Below, one piece after another: positions 30,952-40,506 of a stretch of DNA of 64,000 nucleotides. The stretch comes from Clostridia bacterium 41_269 (GTDB taxonomy: Bacteria > Bacillota > DTU086): NCBI GenBank assembly GCA_001508005.1, contig LGEZ01000009.1, positions 2,493 through 66,492 of the forward strand, in the 5' to 3' direction. The notes beneath the pieces are model-generated. The model saw nothing but the letters and a program-made list of their open reading frames with translations. It was not told the origin of the DNA and did not search any database. Every line of letters starts with the position of its first letter. Position 1 is the first letter of the stretch. The translations under genes and the position numbers were made by a program.

Positions 30952-31944
30952 ATGGTTAAGGCTTTATATGATTCTGATGCAGATTTGGAGCTTATTAAAG
31001 GAAAAACCATAGCTGTAATAGGCTATGGCAGTCAGGGACATGCCCAGGCCCAAAATCTGCGTGATAGTGGTTGTAATGTTATTGTGGGCTTAAGGGAAGG
31101 CAGCAAATCATGGGAAGCTGCGGAGAAGGATGGATTTGAGGTGCTGCCAACCTCAGAAGCAGCCCGCAGGGGGGATATCATTCAAATTTTAATTCCCGAT
31201 GAAGTACAGGGTGAGGTTTACAAAAAGGATATTGAGCCTAACCTATCTGAAGGTAATGCCCTATGTTTTTCCCATGGATTTAATATCCACTATGGACAGA
31301 TTGTTCCTCCCCAAAATGTGGATGTTTTCATGGTTGCACCCAAAAGCCCGGGTCATCTATTGAGAAGAATGTATAAAGAGGGTGCAGGGGTACCAGCCCT
31401 TCTGGCAGTTCATCAAGATTATACAGGCAAAGCAAGGGATTTGGGGCTGGCCTATGCTAAGGGAATAGGATGCACTAGGGCTGGAGTTATTGAAACCACT
31501 TTTCGCGAAGAGACAGAAAGCGATCTTTTTGGGGAACAAGCAGTTCTATGCGGCGGCGTCAGTCAGCTGATTAAAATGGGATTTGAGACCTTAGTTGAAG
31601 CTGGTTACAGCCCAGAAATAGCATATTTTGAATGTCTCCATGAACTTAAGCTTATTGTTGACCTAATATATGAAGGCGGATTGGGAATGATGCGTTATTC
31701 TGTAAGCGATACGGCTACATATGGTGATTTGACTCGGGGGCCTAGAATTATAAACGAACAGACACACGAGGAAATGAGAAAGATATTAAAGGAAATTCAA
31801 ACGGGAGAATTTGCCAAAGAGTGGATACTTGAAAACCGTGCCAACAGACCTGTTTACCGAGCTTTGGAAGCAAAAGAGAAGGATCATCCCATTGAAAAAG
31901 TGGGGGCAGAGCTGAGGGCAATGATGCCTTGGCTTAAAAAATAG
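30952..31944 (+). CDS. ilvC: ketol-acid reductoisomerase
   Basis: Rossmann motif [19 protein letters not shown] and overall IlvC class I length. Confidence 0.9.
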   Translation: MVKALYDSDADLELIKGKTIAVIGYGSQGHAQAQNLRDSGCNVIVGLREGSKSWEAAEKDGFEVLPTSEAARRGDIIQILIPDEVQGEVYKKDIEPNLSEGNALCFSHGFNIHYGQIVPPQNVDVFMVAPKSPGHLLRRMYKEGAGVPALLAVHQDYTGKARDLGLAYAKGIGCTRAGVIETTFREETESDLFGEQAVLCGGVSQLIKMGFETLVEAGYSPEIAYFECLHELKLIVDLIYEGGLGMMRYSVSDTATYGDLTRGPRIINEQTHEEMRKILKEIQTGEFAKEWILENRANRPVYRALEAKEKDHPIEKVGAELRAMMPWLKK

Positions 31945-32045
31945 AACACCAAATTTGTGAATATGTCCTAAATATACAGAGGATAAGCTGGAGGATAAAC
32001 TTTTCCACCTCCGCATATCTTATAAATACAGAACGGAGGTGGAAA

Positions 32046-32534
32046 ATGATGAATTTTTTTAGTTTTTTTAAATGGATTGAAAGGTTTTTAATAGCATGCA
32101 CAGTGCTTAGTTTTGCCCTTCTTATTTTAGGTCAATTTATGATGATCATAAATCCTGTGGATTTTTATATGAATTTTGCTGAAAAGATTGAAGGAAAAAC
32201 AGTTAATTTTTATGAAGAATTTCCTGAAATGAGGGTTGCTTCCCAAAATTTCCAGTCAGTTTTTGCCACTATAACGATAAGACTTGAAAACTTTTCATCC
32301 CTGGAAAAAGCAGTTCTTCTAATAAATGGGAAAGAAGTGGCGGATTTTAGAAAAAAGCAGGTTACAGTTAAGGTTTCACAGGGTGACGTGCTGGCAATTG
32401 ACGGTACATACTATGTTCATGATTTGACGTTTAAAGTTGTTTCTGTTTCTGAAAATGTTAGACAACCCAAAAAAGGGCAGATTGTTAATGTAAGTGGAGA
32501 TGTTGTTGTGATTGGCCCAGTGGAGCTTAAATAA
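32046..32534 (+). CDS. hypothetical membrane-anchored protein
   Basis: N-terminal TM helix. No known motifs. Confidence 0.3.
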   Translation: MMNFFSFFKWIERFLIACTVLSFALLILGQFMMIINPVDFYMNFAEKIEGKTVNFYEEFPEMRVASQNFQSVFATITIRLENFSSLEKAVLLINGKEVADFRKKQVTVKVSQGDVLAIDGTYYVHDLTFKVVSVSENVRQPKKGQIVNVSGDVVVIGPVELK

Positions 32535-32593
32535 GAGCTTTTATGTTTTAATATGTTTTAAAAAATTTATAAAAATGCTCCGGGGGTGAGAAG

Positions 32594-33007
32594 ATGAACT
32601 ACGGCAGCAAAGGGGTTGCAGCTACAGCGATTCAAATGGCTCTAACAGAAAATAGGGAGGAAGAAGCAAAACTTAAAAAAAAGTTTGCTGAAATTGGTAT
32701 TGCAGCAGCAGCTGTGGATTATGGTGGTGAATTTATAAATTCAGTTAAAAAAATAGTTGAAAGAGCGGTTGTAGCAGCCAAGAGGGAAGGAGTAATAAAG
32801 GAATCCCATTCTGAAGAAGGTGCTGTAGCTGGTGCTACGAGGGAAGCCTTATCTCAGATAGTACCCAAAGCTCTGGGATTAAATGTAGGTGGAAAAATTG
32901 GTATTGCCAGATATCAGGATCATATATCAGTGGCAATATTTTTTGGAATAGGCCTTCTGCATTTAGATGAAGTTGCCATAGGACTTGGACATAGAGCCAT
33001 TGGTTGA
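32594..33007 (+). CDS. HutP-family RNA-binding protein (anti-terminator family)
   Basis: Aligns by eye with B. subtilis HutP across conserved blocks: GVI.ES..E.HA..AT.EAL and the C-terminal H..VAI..G.G.....E.A.G.GH. About 137 aa, like HutP. Confidence 0.6.
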   Translation: MNYGSKGVAATAIQMALTENREEEAKLKKKFAEIGIAAAAVDYGGEFINSVKKIVERAVVAAKREGVIKESHSEEGAVAGATREALSQIVPKALGLNVGGKIGIARYQDHISVAIFFGIGLLHLDEVAIGLGHRAIG

Positions 33008-33032
33008 TTTCTGTATAGCTGGGGGATAAAAA

Positions 33033-33398
33033 ATGATTACAGTTGGTATACGGGGAGCTATAACAGTGGAAAAAAATACAAAGGAGTGCATTTTTGCTTC
33101 CACGAAGGAACTTGTCTCAGAAATTATGAAGCAGAATAACTTAAAGGAGCAGGATATTGCCAGCATTATTTTTACTGCAACCCCTGATCTCGATGCAGCC
33201 TTTCCTGCAGCTGCCGTCCGCGAAATGGGTTTAAATGAAGCTGCACTTTTGGATGCTGTAGAAATGAATGTTAAAAGCAGTATGCCTAGGGTAATAAGAG
33301 TGCTGATGCACGTAAATGTAAAAGAGGGTTTCAAACCAAAACATATTTACTTAAAAGAAGCAGTAAAATTAAGATCTGACATGTTTTGTAAAAAATAA
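33033..33398 (+). CDS. aroH: monofunctional chorismate mutase, AroH class
   Basis: MITVGIRGAITVE... and ATPDLDAAFPAAAVRE match B. subtilis AroH. 121 aa. Confidence 0.8.
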   Translation: MITVGIRGAITVEKNTKECIFASTKELVSEIMKQNNLKEQDIASIIFTATPDLDAAFPAAAVREMGLNEAALLDAVEMNVKSSMPRVIRVLMHVNVKEGFKPKHIYLKEAVKLRSDMFCKK

Positions 33399-33440
33399 AC
33401 AGATTTAAGCGTAAAAAAAAAGTCATATTTGTTTTTTTTT

Positions 33441-33474
33441 TTGAAAATTGCCAGCATTTATTATGTGTGATAAT
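33441..33474 (+). promoter_or_regulatory. candidate promoter of the trp operon leader
   Basis: TTGAAA / TTGCCA -35 candidates and TGtGATAAT extended -10. Spacing is not ideal for either pairing. Confidence 0.3.
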
Positions 33475-33498
33475 ATAGCAGCAAACTAAATATGGGAA

Positions 33499-33546
33499 GA
33501 GTTGAGCTGAGATGAGATGAGATGAGGGGAGAGGAGCTGAGATGAG
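33499..33546 (+). promoter_or_regulatory. trp leader RNA-binding site: 10 consecutive GAG triplets with 2-nt spacers (TRAP-type)
   Basis: GAG at 33499, 33504, 33509 ... 33544, exact 5-nt period. Lies between the candidate promoter and the terminator. Confidence 0.6.
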
Positions 33547-33565
33547 GCTGGTGGTATTGGAGCGA

Positions 33566-33597
33566 AACCAGTGCTCATTTTAGCACTGGTTTTTTGT
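33566..33597 (+). terminator. trp leader attenuator terminator
   Basis: AACCAGTGCT-catttt-AGCACTGGTT perfect 10 bp stem plus TTTTTTG. An alternative antiterminator pairs ATGAGgCTGGT (33542-33552, includes GAG 10) with ACCAGtgCTCAT (33567-33578). Confidence 0.7.
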
Positions 33598-33631
33598 TTC
33601 TTTGATTAAAAAATTTTTAGGAGGCTGGTTC

Positions 33632-35116
33632 ATGAAACCTGGTTTAAATGAATTTTTAACTTTTGCCCAAAGGGAAAATATTGTTCCAGTATGGGATGAG
33701 ATAGATATATACGATGAGACTCCCATATCGGTTTTTGAAAAGATTGCTGATGAAAGAGAGATTTCATATCTTCTGGAAAGTGCTGATGCAGGAGAACAGG
33801 GTGCACGATATTCATTTATGGGTATTAAACCCATTGCCAAATTCAGTGCAAAAGGTTCCCTTATTAGAATAGAGGAGGAAGGATATGAACAAAAATGTTT
33901 TGGTAATCCCACAGCTCTATTAAAAAATTTTTTAAAAAAATATTATATCGATAACCAAACTGTAGATGATGTGGTGAATTTTTGCGGCGGCGCTGTGGGA
34001 TATCTATCTTATGACTGGGTTCGTTACCTTGAGAATATACCCATAAAGAGCATAGATGATCTGGGGCTGCCCGATGGTATGTTTATTATTTTTAAAATAA
34101 ATCTTTTGTTCGATCATCTAAAAAATACTTTAAAAATCATAGTTTTGACTAAAACAGAAAAAAATCCTGAAATGGAGTACAAGCAGGCCATATCTTTGAT
34201 AAACAGTATAAAAGAAAAAATTTACCGCCGTAATTGCTTAAAAGGCAGCGTAGAAATTAACGGGTGCGTTCCCAACATTATATTTTCTGCTACTTTAAAC
34301 CATGATGATTATGTGAAAGGTGTAAAAAAAATCCTTGAATATATAAGAGCAGGAGATATATTTCAAGCTGTTCTTTCAACCCGTCTGGAAACAAAAGTTG
34401 TGGAAAGCCCTCTAAAAATTTACAGATGCTTAAAAATGATCAATCCTTCTCCCTATATGTTTTACCTGAATTATCCAGGATTTCAGCTCATAGGTGCATC
34501 CCCTGAGATGCTTGTGAAAGTTGAAAAAGGAAAAATATACAATAGGCCCATTGCAGGCACCCGCCCCCGAGGCAGTAGTGAAGAAGAAGATAAGATCCTT
34601 GCGGAAGAACTTAAAAAGGATCCCAAAGAAAAGGCAGAACACATCATGCTTGTAGATCTTGCCAGGAATGATGTGGGTAGGACTGCGCAGTTTGGAACTG
34701 TTAGGGTGCCTGAACTGATGGCTGTTGAAAAATATTCCCATGTAATGCATTTAGTGTCTCTTGTGGAAGGCAGACTTGCAGAAGATAAAAATGCTGTGGA
34801 CGCCTTAATGGCATGTTTCCCTGCTGGTACTGTATCTGGGGCTCCTAAAGTGAGAGCCATGGAAATTATAGAAGAGCTGGAACCTGTGAGAAGGGGGCCC
34901 TATGCTGGATCGGTTGGTTATTTTAGTTTAAATGGAGATATGGATACCTGCATAACCATTAGGACTATCCTAATTAAGGATAATAGAGCCTATGTCCAGG
35001 TAGGAGCTGGAATTGTAGCAGATTCTAAACCTGATAAAGAATATGAGGAGTGTATTAATAAGGGAAAAGCGTTGATTTCAGCCCTGTATGCTGCTGAAAG
35101 GAGGGCTATTTCATGA
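33632..35116 (+). CDS. trpE: anthranilate synthase component I
   Basis: Chorismate-binding motifs (AGTRPRG, LLESADAGE). ATG 33632 after an AGGAGG RBS. Confidence 0.9.
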   Translation: MKPGLNEFLTFAQRENIVPVWDEIDIYDETPISVFEKIADEREISYLLESADAGEQGARYSFMGIKPIAKFSAKGSLIRIEEEGYEQKCFGNPTALLKNFLKKYYIDNQTVDDVVNFCGGAVGYLSYDWVRYLENIPIKSIDDLGLPDGMFIIFKINLLFDHLKNTLKIIVLTKTEKNPEMEYKQAISLINSIKEKIYRRNCLKGSVEINGCVPNIIFSATLNHDDYVKGVKKILEYIRAGDIFQAVLSTRLETKVVESPLKIYRCLKMINPSPYMFYLNYPGFQLIGASPEMLVKVEKGKIYNRPIAGTRPRGSSEEEDKILAEELKKDPKEKAEHIMLVDLARNDVGRTAQFGTVRVPELMAVEKYSHVMHLVSLVEGRLAEDKNAVDALMACFPAGTVSGAPKVRAMEIIEELEPVRRGPYAGSVGYFSLNGDMDTCITIRTILIKDNRAYVQVGAGIVADSKPDKEYEECINKGKALISALYAAERRAIS

Positions 35117-35691
35117 TACTGGTCTGCGATAATTACGACTCTTTTACCTATAATCTCGTCCAGTATTTAGGTGAACTGGGTGCGGAAACCTTTGTTTTCA
35201 GAAACGATGAATTGAGACCTCAAGATTTTTGTAATCTGGAACAGTATGTCAGGGGCGTTGTAATTTCTCCTGGCCCCGGAAAACCTGAGGATGCGGGTAT
35301 ATCTATGGATCTGGTGAGATATTTTGCAGGCAGGGTACCGGTTCTGGGAATATGTTTGGGCCATCAGTGCATAGGCAGGGTTTTCGGGGGAGAAATTGTG
35401 CCTGCAAAAGCCCTTTTTCATGGAAAGACTTCTGAAATCAGGCATGATGGAAAAGTGCTTTTTGAAAATGTTTCAAACCCTTTTACAGCGACCAGGTATC
35501 ATTCCCTGGTCATTGACAGAAAGAAAATTCCTGCATGTCTGGAGGTGACTGCAGAGACGGAAGATGGAGAGGTAATGGGGGTGAGGCACAGGGATTTTAA
35601 AATTGAGGGTCTTCAGTTTCATCCTGAATCTATTTTGACTTTAGAGGGAAAAAAGATAATATCAAATTTTTTAAACATGTGTGCTGATTAG
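35113..35691 (+). CDS. trpG: anthranilate synthase component II (glutamine amidotransferase)
   Basis: GATase class I motifs (GICLGHQ catalytic Cys, HPES). Confidence 0.9.
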   Translation: MILVCDNYDSFTYNLVQYLGELGAETFVFRNDELRPQDFCNLEQYVRGVVISPGPGKPEDAGISMDLVRYFAGRVPVLGICLGHQCIGRVFGGEIVPAKALFHGKTSEIRHDGKVLFENVSNPFTATRYHSLVIDRKKIPACLEVTAETEDGEVMGVRHRDFKIEGLQFHPESILTLEGKKIISNFLNMCAD

Positions 35692-35726
35692 AATAGCTGA
35701 GATCAGCTGAGATTAGCTGAGAGGAG
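35689..35726 (+). promoter_or_regulatory. NAG triplet repeats (8 at exact 5-nt period) spanning the trpG stop and trpD RBS
   Basis: UAG, UAG, GAG, CAG, GAG, UAG, GAG, GAG at 35689, 35694 ... 35724. The last two form the GAGAGGAGG SD of trpD (GTG 35735). Confidence 0.5.
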
Positions 35727-35734
35727 GAATTCAA

Positions 35735-36747
35735 GTGAGAGAATACATTGCAAAAATTTCCGATGGGGTTGATCTGACAGCATCTGAGGCTGAGCGTGCA
35801 ATGGAAATGATTATGGATGGAAATGCTACAGCTGCGCAAATAGGTGCTCTGCTTATGGGACTCAAACTAAAGGGAGAATCTTCTCAGGAAATTACTGGTT
35901 TTGCAAGGGCTATGAGGCGTCGAGCTTTGGGGTTTAAAGTACCCATGGATGTTGTGGATACCTGTGGTACTGGGGGGATTATGCAGAAACTTTTAATATA
36001 TCCACTGCTGCTGCTTTTGTGGCAGCTGGTGCAGGAGTTCCAGTAGCCAAACACGGAAACAGATCAGTGTCAAGCCGGTGTGGAAGTGCAGATGTCCTTG
36101 AAAGGTTGGGAGTAAATATTGACCTTGAACCGAAACATGCGGAAAAATGCCTTCGCGAAATAGGAATTTCCTTTCTGTTTGCTCCCAGATACCACAGAGC
36201 AACAAAAAATGCAATGGGACCAAGAAAGGAGTTGGGTATAAAAACTATTTTTAATATTTTAGGACCGTTAACCAATCCAGCGGGTGCAAGCAGTCAGGTT
36301 GTAGGTGTATTTGATCCTGAATTGACCGAGACAATAGCGGAGGTTCTTGCTGCACTGGGCACGAAAAGGGCATTTGTTGTCTGCGGTAGTGATGGTTTAG
36401 ATGAAGTTACGATAACGGGAACCACCAGGATTACAGAATTAAATGCAGGTTTTATTCAGACCTATGATTTCGATCCCAGGGAACTGGGCTTTAAATTAAG
36501 GAACATTGAAGATTTAAAAGGCGGTGATCCAGAGAAAAATGCTGAGATTCTTTTGAACGTGCTTGAAGGGGAAGAGGGGCCCAAAAGGGAAGCGGTGGTT
36601 TTGAATGCTGCCTTTGCCATTCTTGCCGGAAATAAGGCTTTTTCCCTTAAGGAAGCTGTAGAAAAAGCTGAGCACAGCATCGACAGCGGGGCAGCGCTAA
36701 AAAAGCTTTACGATCTGAAAAAATTTACAGGAAGCTGTGTTGCATAA
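35735..36747 (+). pseudogene. trpD: anthranilate phosphoribosyltransferase, frame broken in a G6 run (35972-35977)
   Basis: Upstream ORF ends ...[13 protein letters not shown]. Adding one G gives [41 protein letters not shown]..., continuous with ORF 36019..36747 and matching the GTGGD motif. Confidence 0.85.
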
Positions 36748-37526
36748 TGCTGGATAAGATTATTATCAGTAAAAAAAAGAAACTTAAAGAGATTGTTTCC
36801 ATTGATTATCTTAGGAAACTGGAAAACAAAATTTTAAAACTACCTTCTCCAAAAGATTTCAAAGAAAGCTTAAAGAGAGAAAAGGGCGAGAAAATAAAAA
36901 TTATTGCTGAAATCAAGCGTGCTTCCCCTTCTAAAGGCTTAATTGCAGAAAATTTTGAACCCAAAAGATATGCAGGTGAATATGAAAGGGCAGGAGCAGC
37001 AGCGGTTTCTGTGCTTACTGAGGAGGATTATTTTCTAGGAAGTTTGATGCACCTGAATGAGGTGAGATCTGTCTGCAGTCTTCCTATTCTGAGAAAAGAT
37101 TTTATCCTTCACCCTGTTGAGATTTACGAAGCTCGTGCCTATGGATCAGATGCAGTGCTTTTAATAGTAAAGATTCTGGATAAAAAGAGTTTAAAAGCAC
37201 TGCTTAATCTAACAAGGGAACTTGAGATGCAGGCTCTTGTGGAAGTACATTCAGAAAAGGAGCTGGAATTAGCCCTTGAAGTTGGAGCTGAAATAATAGG
37301 TATTAATAACCGCAATCTTGAGGATTTTACTGTTGATTTTAGGGTTACAGAAAGGCTTGCTGAACTCATTCCAAATGATAAAGTAGCTGTTAGTGAAAGC
37401 GGGATTAAACATGCCCGTGAAGTGCGTTTTTTAGAAGCCTTGGGGATAGATGCAATTCTAGTTGGGGAAACCCTGATGCGAAGTCCCGATCCTTATCAAA
37501 CTTTAAAAAATTTTTTGGAGGAGTAG
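36747..37526 (+). CDS. trpC: indole-3-glycerol phosphate synthase
   Basis: TIM-barrel IGPS motifs (IIAEIKRASPSKG, GINNRNL). Confidence 0.9.
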   Translation: MLDKIIISKKKKLKEIVSIDYLRKLENKILKLPSPKDFKESLKREKGEKIKIIAEIKRASPSKGLIAENFEPKRYAGEYERAGAAAVSVLTEEDYFLGSLMHLNEVRSVCSLPILRKDFILHPVEIYEARAYGSDAVLLIVKILDKKSLKALLNLTRELEMQALVEVHSEKELELALEVGAEIIGINNRNLEDFTVDFRVTERLAELIPNDKVAVSESGIKHAREVRFLEALGIDAILVGETLMRSPDPYQTLKNFLEE

Positions 37527-37531
37527 GGATT

Positions 37532-38167
37532 ATGGTAAGGGTGAAAATATGCGGTATAAAAACCTTTGAAGATGCCCGGTATGCAGTGGAGTATGGTGCC
37601 CATGCCCTGGGATTCGTATTTTGTGAAAGCAGAAGAAGAATAGACCCCCTGATGGCCAGGGAAATTATAAGGTCCATTCCGCCCTTTGTGATGAAAGTGG
37701 GTGTTTTTATGGATCAAGATTTGGAATATGTTTTAAGTGTTGTGGATTTCTGCGGTTTGGATGCCGTTCAGCTTCATGGCACTGAAACCCCGCAGTACTG
37801 CAGCCAATTTGAAAAACTGCCCTGCCAGGTAATAAAGGCTTTCAGAGTTAAAGATGATGGTGTAATTGATGAAATTAAAAAATATAAAGTGGATGCCTAT
37901 CTGCTTGACAGCTGGGTCCGGGGCAAACCTGGGGGAACTGGGAAAAAATTTGATTGGGACATAGCAAAAAATATTGTAAAGAAAAGCAGCAGGCCGGTCA
38001 TTCTTGCAGGGGGGCTAAATGAAAAAAATGTGGCAAAAGCGGTAATGGAGGTTTCTCCCTATGCTGTGGATGTAAGCAGTGGTGTTGAAAGTTCTGGAAA
38101 GAAAGATAAAAACAAAATAATTCGTTTTATGAATGAAGTGAGGAGGATTAATCTTGCAATTGCATAG
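37532..38167 (+). CDS. trpF: phosphoribosylanthranilate isomerase
   Basis: MVRVKICGI... PRAI N-terminus. About 210 aa. Confidence 0.85.
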   Translation: MVRVKICGIKTFEDARYAVEYGAHALGFVFCESRRRIDPLMAREIIRSIPPFVMKVGVFMDQDLEYVLSVVDFCGLDAVQLHGTETPQYCSQFEKLPCQVIKAFRVKDDGVIDEIKKYKVDAYLLDSWVRGKPGGTGKKFDWDIAKNIVKKSSRPVILAGGLNEKNVAKAVMEVSPYAVDVSSGVESSGKKDKNKIIRFMNEVRRINLAIA

Positions 38168-39344
38168 ATCGGCATACTTTGGAGAATACGGTGGACAGTT
38201 TGTGCCTGAAACTGTTATGCCCGCTTTAAAGGAACTCGAGGAAGAGTACTATAAAGCTGTGAATGATGAAAATTTCAAAAGGGAACTGAATTATTATCTT
38301 AGGGAATATGTGGGCAGACCCACTCCGCTCTATTATGCTGAACGGCTGTCAGAAAAGCTTGGAGGAGCAAGAATATATCTCAAAAGGGAAGATCTGAACC
38401 ACACGGGTGCCCACAAAATAAACAATACCATAGGTCAGGCACTCCTCGCATTAAGAATGGGAAAAACAAGGGTGATTGCGGAAACGGGTGCTGGGCAGCA
38501 TGGGGTTGCTACAGCAACTGCGGCGGCTTTGTTTGGGCTTCAGTGCCAGATATTTATGGGAGAAGAAGATATGAAGCGGCAAGAGCTTAATGTTTTCCGT
38601 ATGGAACTATTGGGAGCCGAGGTGGTGCCCGTAAAAAGCGGAACCCGTACCTTAAAGGATGCTACCAATGAAGCTATTAGGGATTGGGTTACCAACGTTA
38701 GAAATACCCACTATATAATCGGTTCAGTGGTAGGCCCCCATCCATATCCCACTATTGTGAGGGATTTCCAGAAAATTATAGGGGAAGAAATTAGAAAGCA
38801 GTTTCAAGAAATAGTGGGCGGCTGTCCCGATTATATCATTGCTTGTGTTGGAGGCGGCAGTAATGCCATGGGTACTTTTTACCCCTTTATTGAGCAGAAG
38901 AAGGTACGGCTGATAGGAGTTGAAGCTGCGGGCTGTGGCATATCAACAGGAAAACATGCTGCATCCTTAAGTGCAGGCAGTCGGGGTATTCTCCATGGTA
39001 CCCTAACATACATTCTTCAGGATGAGTTTGGGCAGATTGAACCTGCTCATTCCATATCTGCAGGTCTTGACTACCCGGGAGTAGGTCCTGAGCATGCTTT
39101 TTTAAAAGACAAAGGGCGTGTGGTATATACTTCAGTAACGGATTATGAAGCCCTTGAGGCTTTTCATCTGCTGGCCAAAACTGAAGGCATACTGCCTGCC
39201 CTGGAGAGTGCCCATGCTTTAGCTTATGCAGCGAAAATAGCTCCTAAACTGAAAGAAGATAATACTATCGTTGTTACACTGTCGGGAAGAGGGGATAAAG
39301 ATGTACAGTGTGTGCTGGAACAGAAAAGGAGGAAAGGAAATTGA
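38154..39344 (+). CDS. trpB: tryptophan synthase beta chain (TrpB1, operon copy)
   Basis: [19 protein letters not shown]-lysine and GGGSNA motifs. Confidence 0.9.
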   Translation: MQLHRSAYFGEYGGQFVPETVMPALKELEEEYYKAVNDENFKRELNYYLREYVGRPTPLYYAERLSEKLGGARIYLKREDLNHTGAHKINNTIGQALLALRMGKTRVIAETGAGQHGVATATAAALFGLQCQIFMGEEDMKRQELNVFRMELLGAEVVPVKSGTRTLKDATNEAIRDWVTNVRNTHYIIGSVVGPHPYPTIVRDFQKIIGEEIRKQFQEIVGGCPDYIIACVGGGSNAMGTFYPFIEQKKVRLIGVEAAGCGISTGKHAASLSAGSRGILHGTLTYILQDEFGQIEPAHSISAGLDYPGVGPEHAFLKDKGRVVYTSVTDYEALEAFHLLAKTEGILPALESAHALAYAAKIAPKLKEDNTIVVTLSGRGDKDVQCVLEQKRRKGN

Positions 39345-40198
39345 AGTCTTTAAAAAAAGAACTGATCCCGGCATCAGCTGAAGAAAGAGGTATATCGCGG
39401 GGAGAAAGACTGGAACAGCTTTTTTATGAAAAGAGAGAAATTAATGAGAAGGTATTAATAATTTACTTGTGTGCTGGCTATCCTGATTTGGATTTCAGCA
39501 GAGAACTTATTTTGACTGCTGTAAAAGCTGGGGCTGATATTATAGAAGTTGGGATTCCCTTTTCCGATCCCCTGGCAGACGGACCTGCGATACAGCATGC
39601 ATCACAGCAGGCCCTTCTCAAAGGAATGAATGCTGCCAAGGCTTTAGAGATGGCTGCTGATATAAAAAAATGCACAAAAATTCCACTTTTGCTGATGTCT
39701 TACTACAACCCCATTTACAGATACGGACTGGAAAAATTCTGCGGAGATGCTTTTAAGGCAGAAGTAGATGGTATTATTGTCCCCGATCTTCCTGTGGAAG
39801 AATCTGAGAAGCTTGTATCCATAACAAGAAATTTTGGGCTGGGATTTGTTCCTCTGGTTTCACCCACCAGCACTTTAGAAAGGCTGAAAAGAATATCTAA
39901 AACTGCACTGGGCTTTATATACTGTGTTTCCACAACAGGCACTACGGGCAGCACCATTCGTTCCTTTGGAGATGCAAAAGAAATGGCTGAAAAGCTCCGC
40001 AGCATTACTCAAAAACCCACAGCCCTTGGCTTTGGTATCGAGGGACCGGAACATGTTAGAATGGCAGCTCCTATGTTTGATGGGATTATTGTAGGAAGTG
40101 CAGTTATTCGAATTATTGAACATTTTAAAAAAAGCAGAGAATCCTGTTTTAAAGAAGTGGGCGAATTTATTTCTTCACTTAAAAAAGCATGCAGATAA
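39341..40198 (+). CDS. trpA: tryptophan synthase alpha chain
   Basis: [22 protein letters not shown] motif. TTG start at 39341 overlaps the trpB stop, with an AAGGAGG RBS. An alternative ATG is at 39308. Confidence 0.85.
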   Translation: MKSLKKELIPASAEERGISRGERLEQLFYEKREINEKVLIIYLCAGYPDLDFSRELILTAVKAGADIIEVGIPFSDPLADGPAIQHASQQALLKGMNAAKALEMAADIKKCTKIPLLLMSYYNPIYRYGLEKFCGDAFKAEVDGIIVPDLPVEESEKLVSITRNFGLGFVPLVSPTSTLERLKRISKTALGFIYCVSTTGTTGSTIRSFGDAKEMAEKLRSITQKPTALGFGIEGPEHVRMAAPMFDGIIVGSAVIRIIEHFKKSRESCFKEVGEFISSLKKACR

Positions 40199-40370
40199 GA
40201 AAATTTTGTATTGTAACAATTTAAAACCTGTGCTACTATACCCTTTAAAAGAGTTTTAAATATTGATTTAATTTGAAATTTGGGGCAGAACGGCGTAGGC
40301 TTTTGTACAGTTTTTTGGAAGATTGGTAGGACGGTAGGGGCAGATGGGATTATACTGCCGTTTTGCCGTA

Positions 40371-40405
40371 ATCACTCCTACCTTTCTTCAAGGAGTGATT
40401 TTTTG
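40371..40405 (+). terminator. intrinsic terminator/attenuator hairpin in the trpA-DAHP synthase intergenic leader
   Basis: ATCACTCCT-11 nt loop-AGGAGTGAT 9 bp stem plus T5-7. Upstream GGTAGG copies (40326, 40334) can pair with CCTACC (40377-82) as an antiterminator. Confidence 0.5.
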
Positions 40406-40506
40406 ATTTCCCGTCTGCTTAATAAAAAAAGGGGGTGTAAAAAAAGAAATTTTATTAGTATTTCCCGGATTTATCAATACTACGGAAGAACGGAGGTTGA
40501 TTTAAA

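Noticed and set aside
33499-33546. GAG repeats as a direct canonical HutP binding site
   Set aside because: Canonical HutP sites are UAG triplets with 4-nt spacers in two blocks. Here the spacers are uniformly 2 nt and the triplets are GAG, which matches TRAP geometry. The HutP link is kept only as a hypothesis.
33499-33546. GAG repeats as a trivial microsatellite or coding low-complexity region
   Set aside because: The spacers vary in sequence (tt, ct, at, gg, ag) while the triplet and period are conserved. The region is non-coding, between a promoter and a terminator. Two more periodic sites occur at trp-related RBSs.
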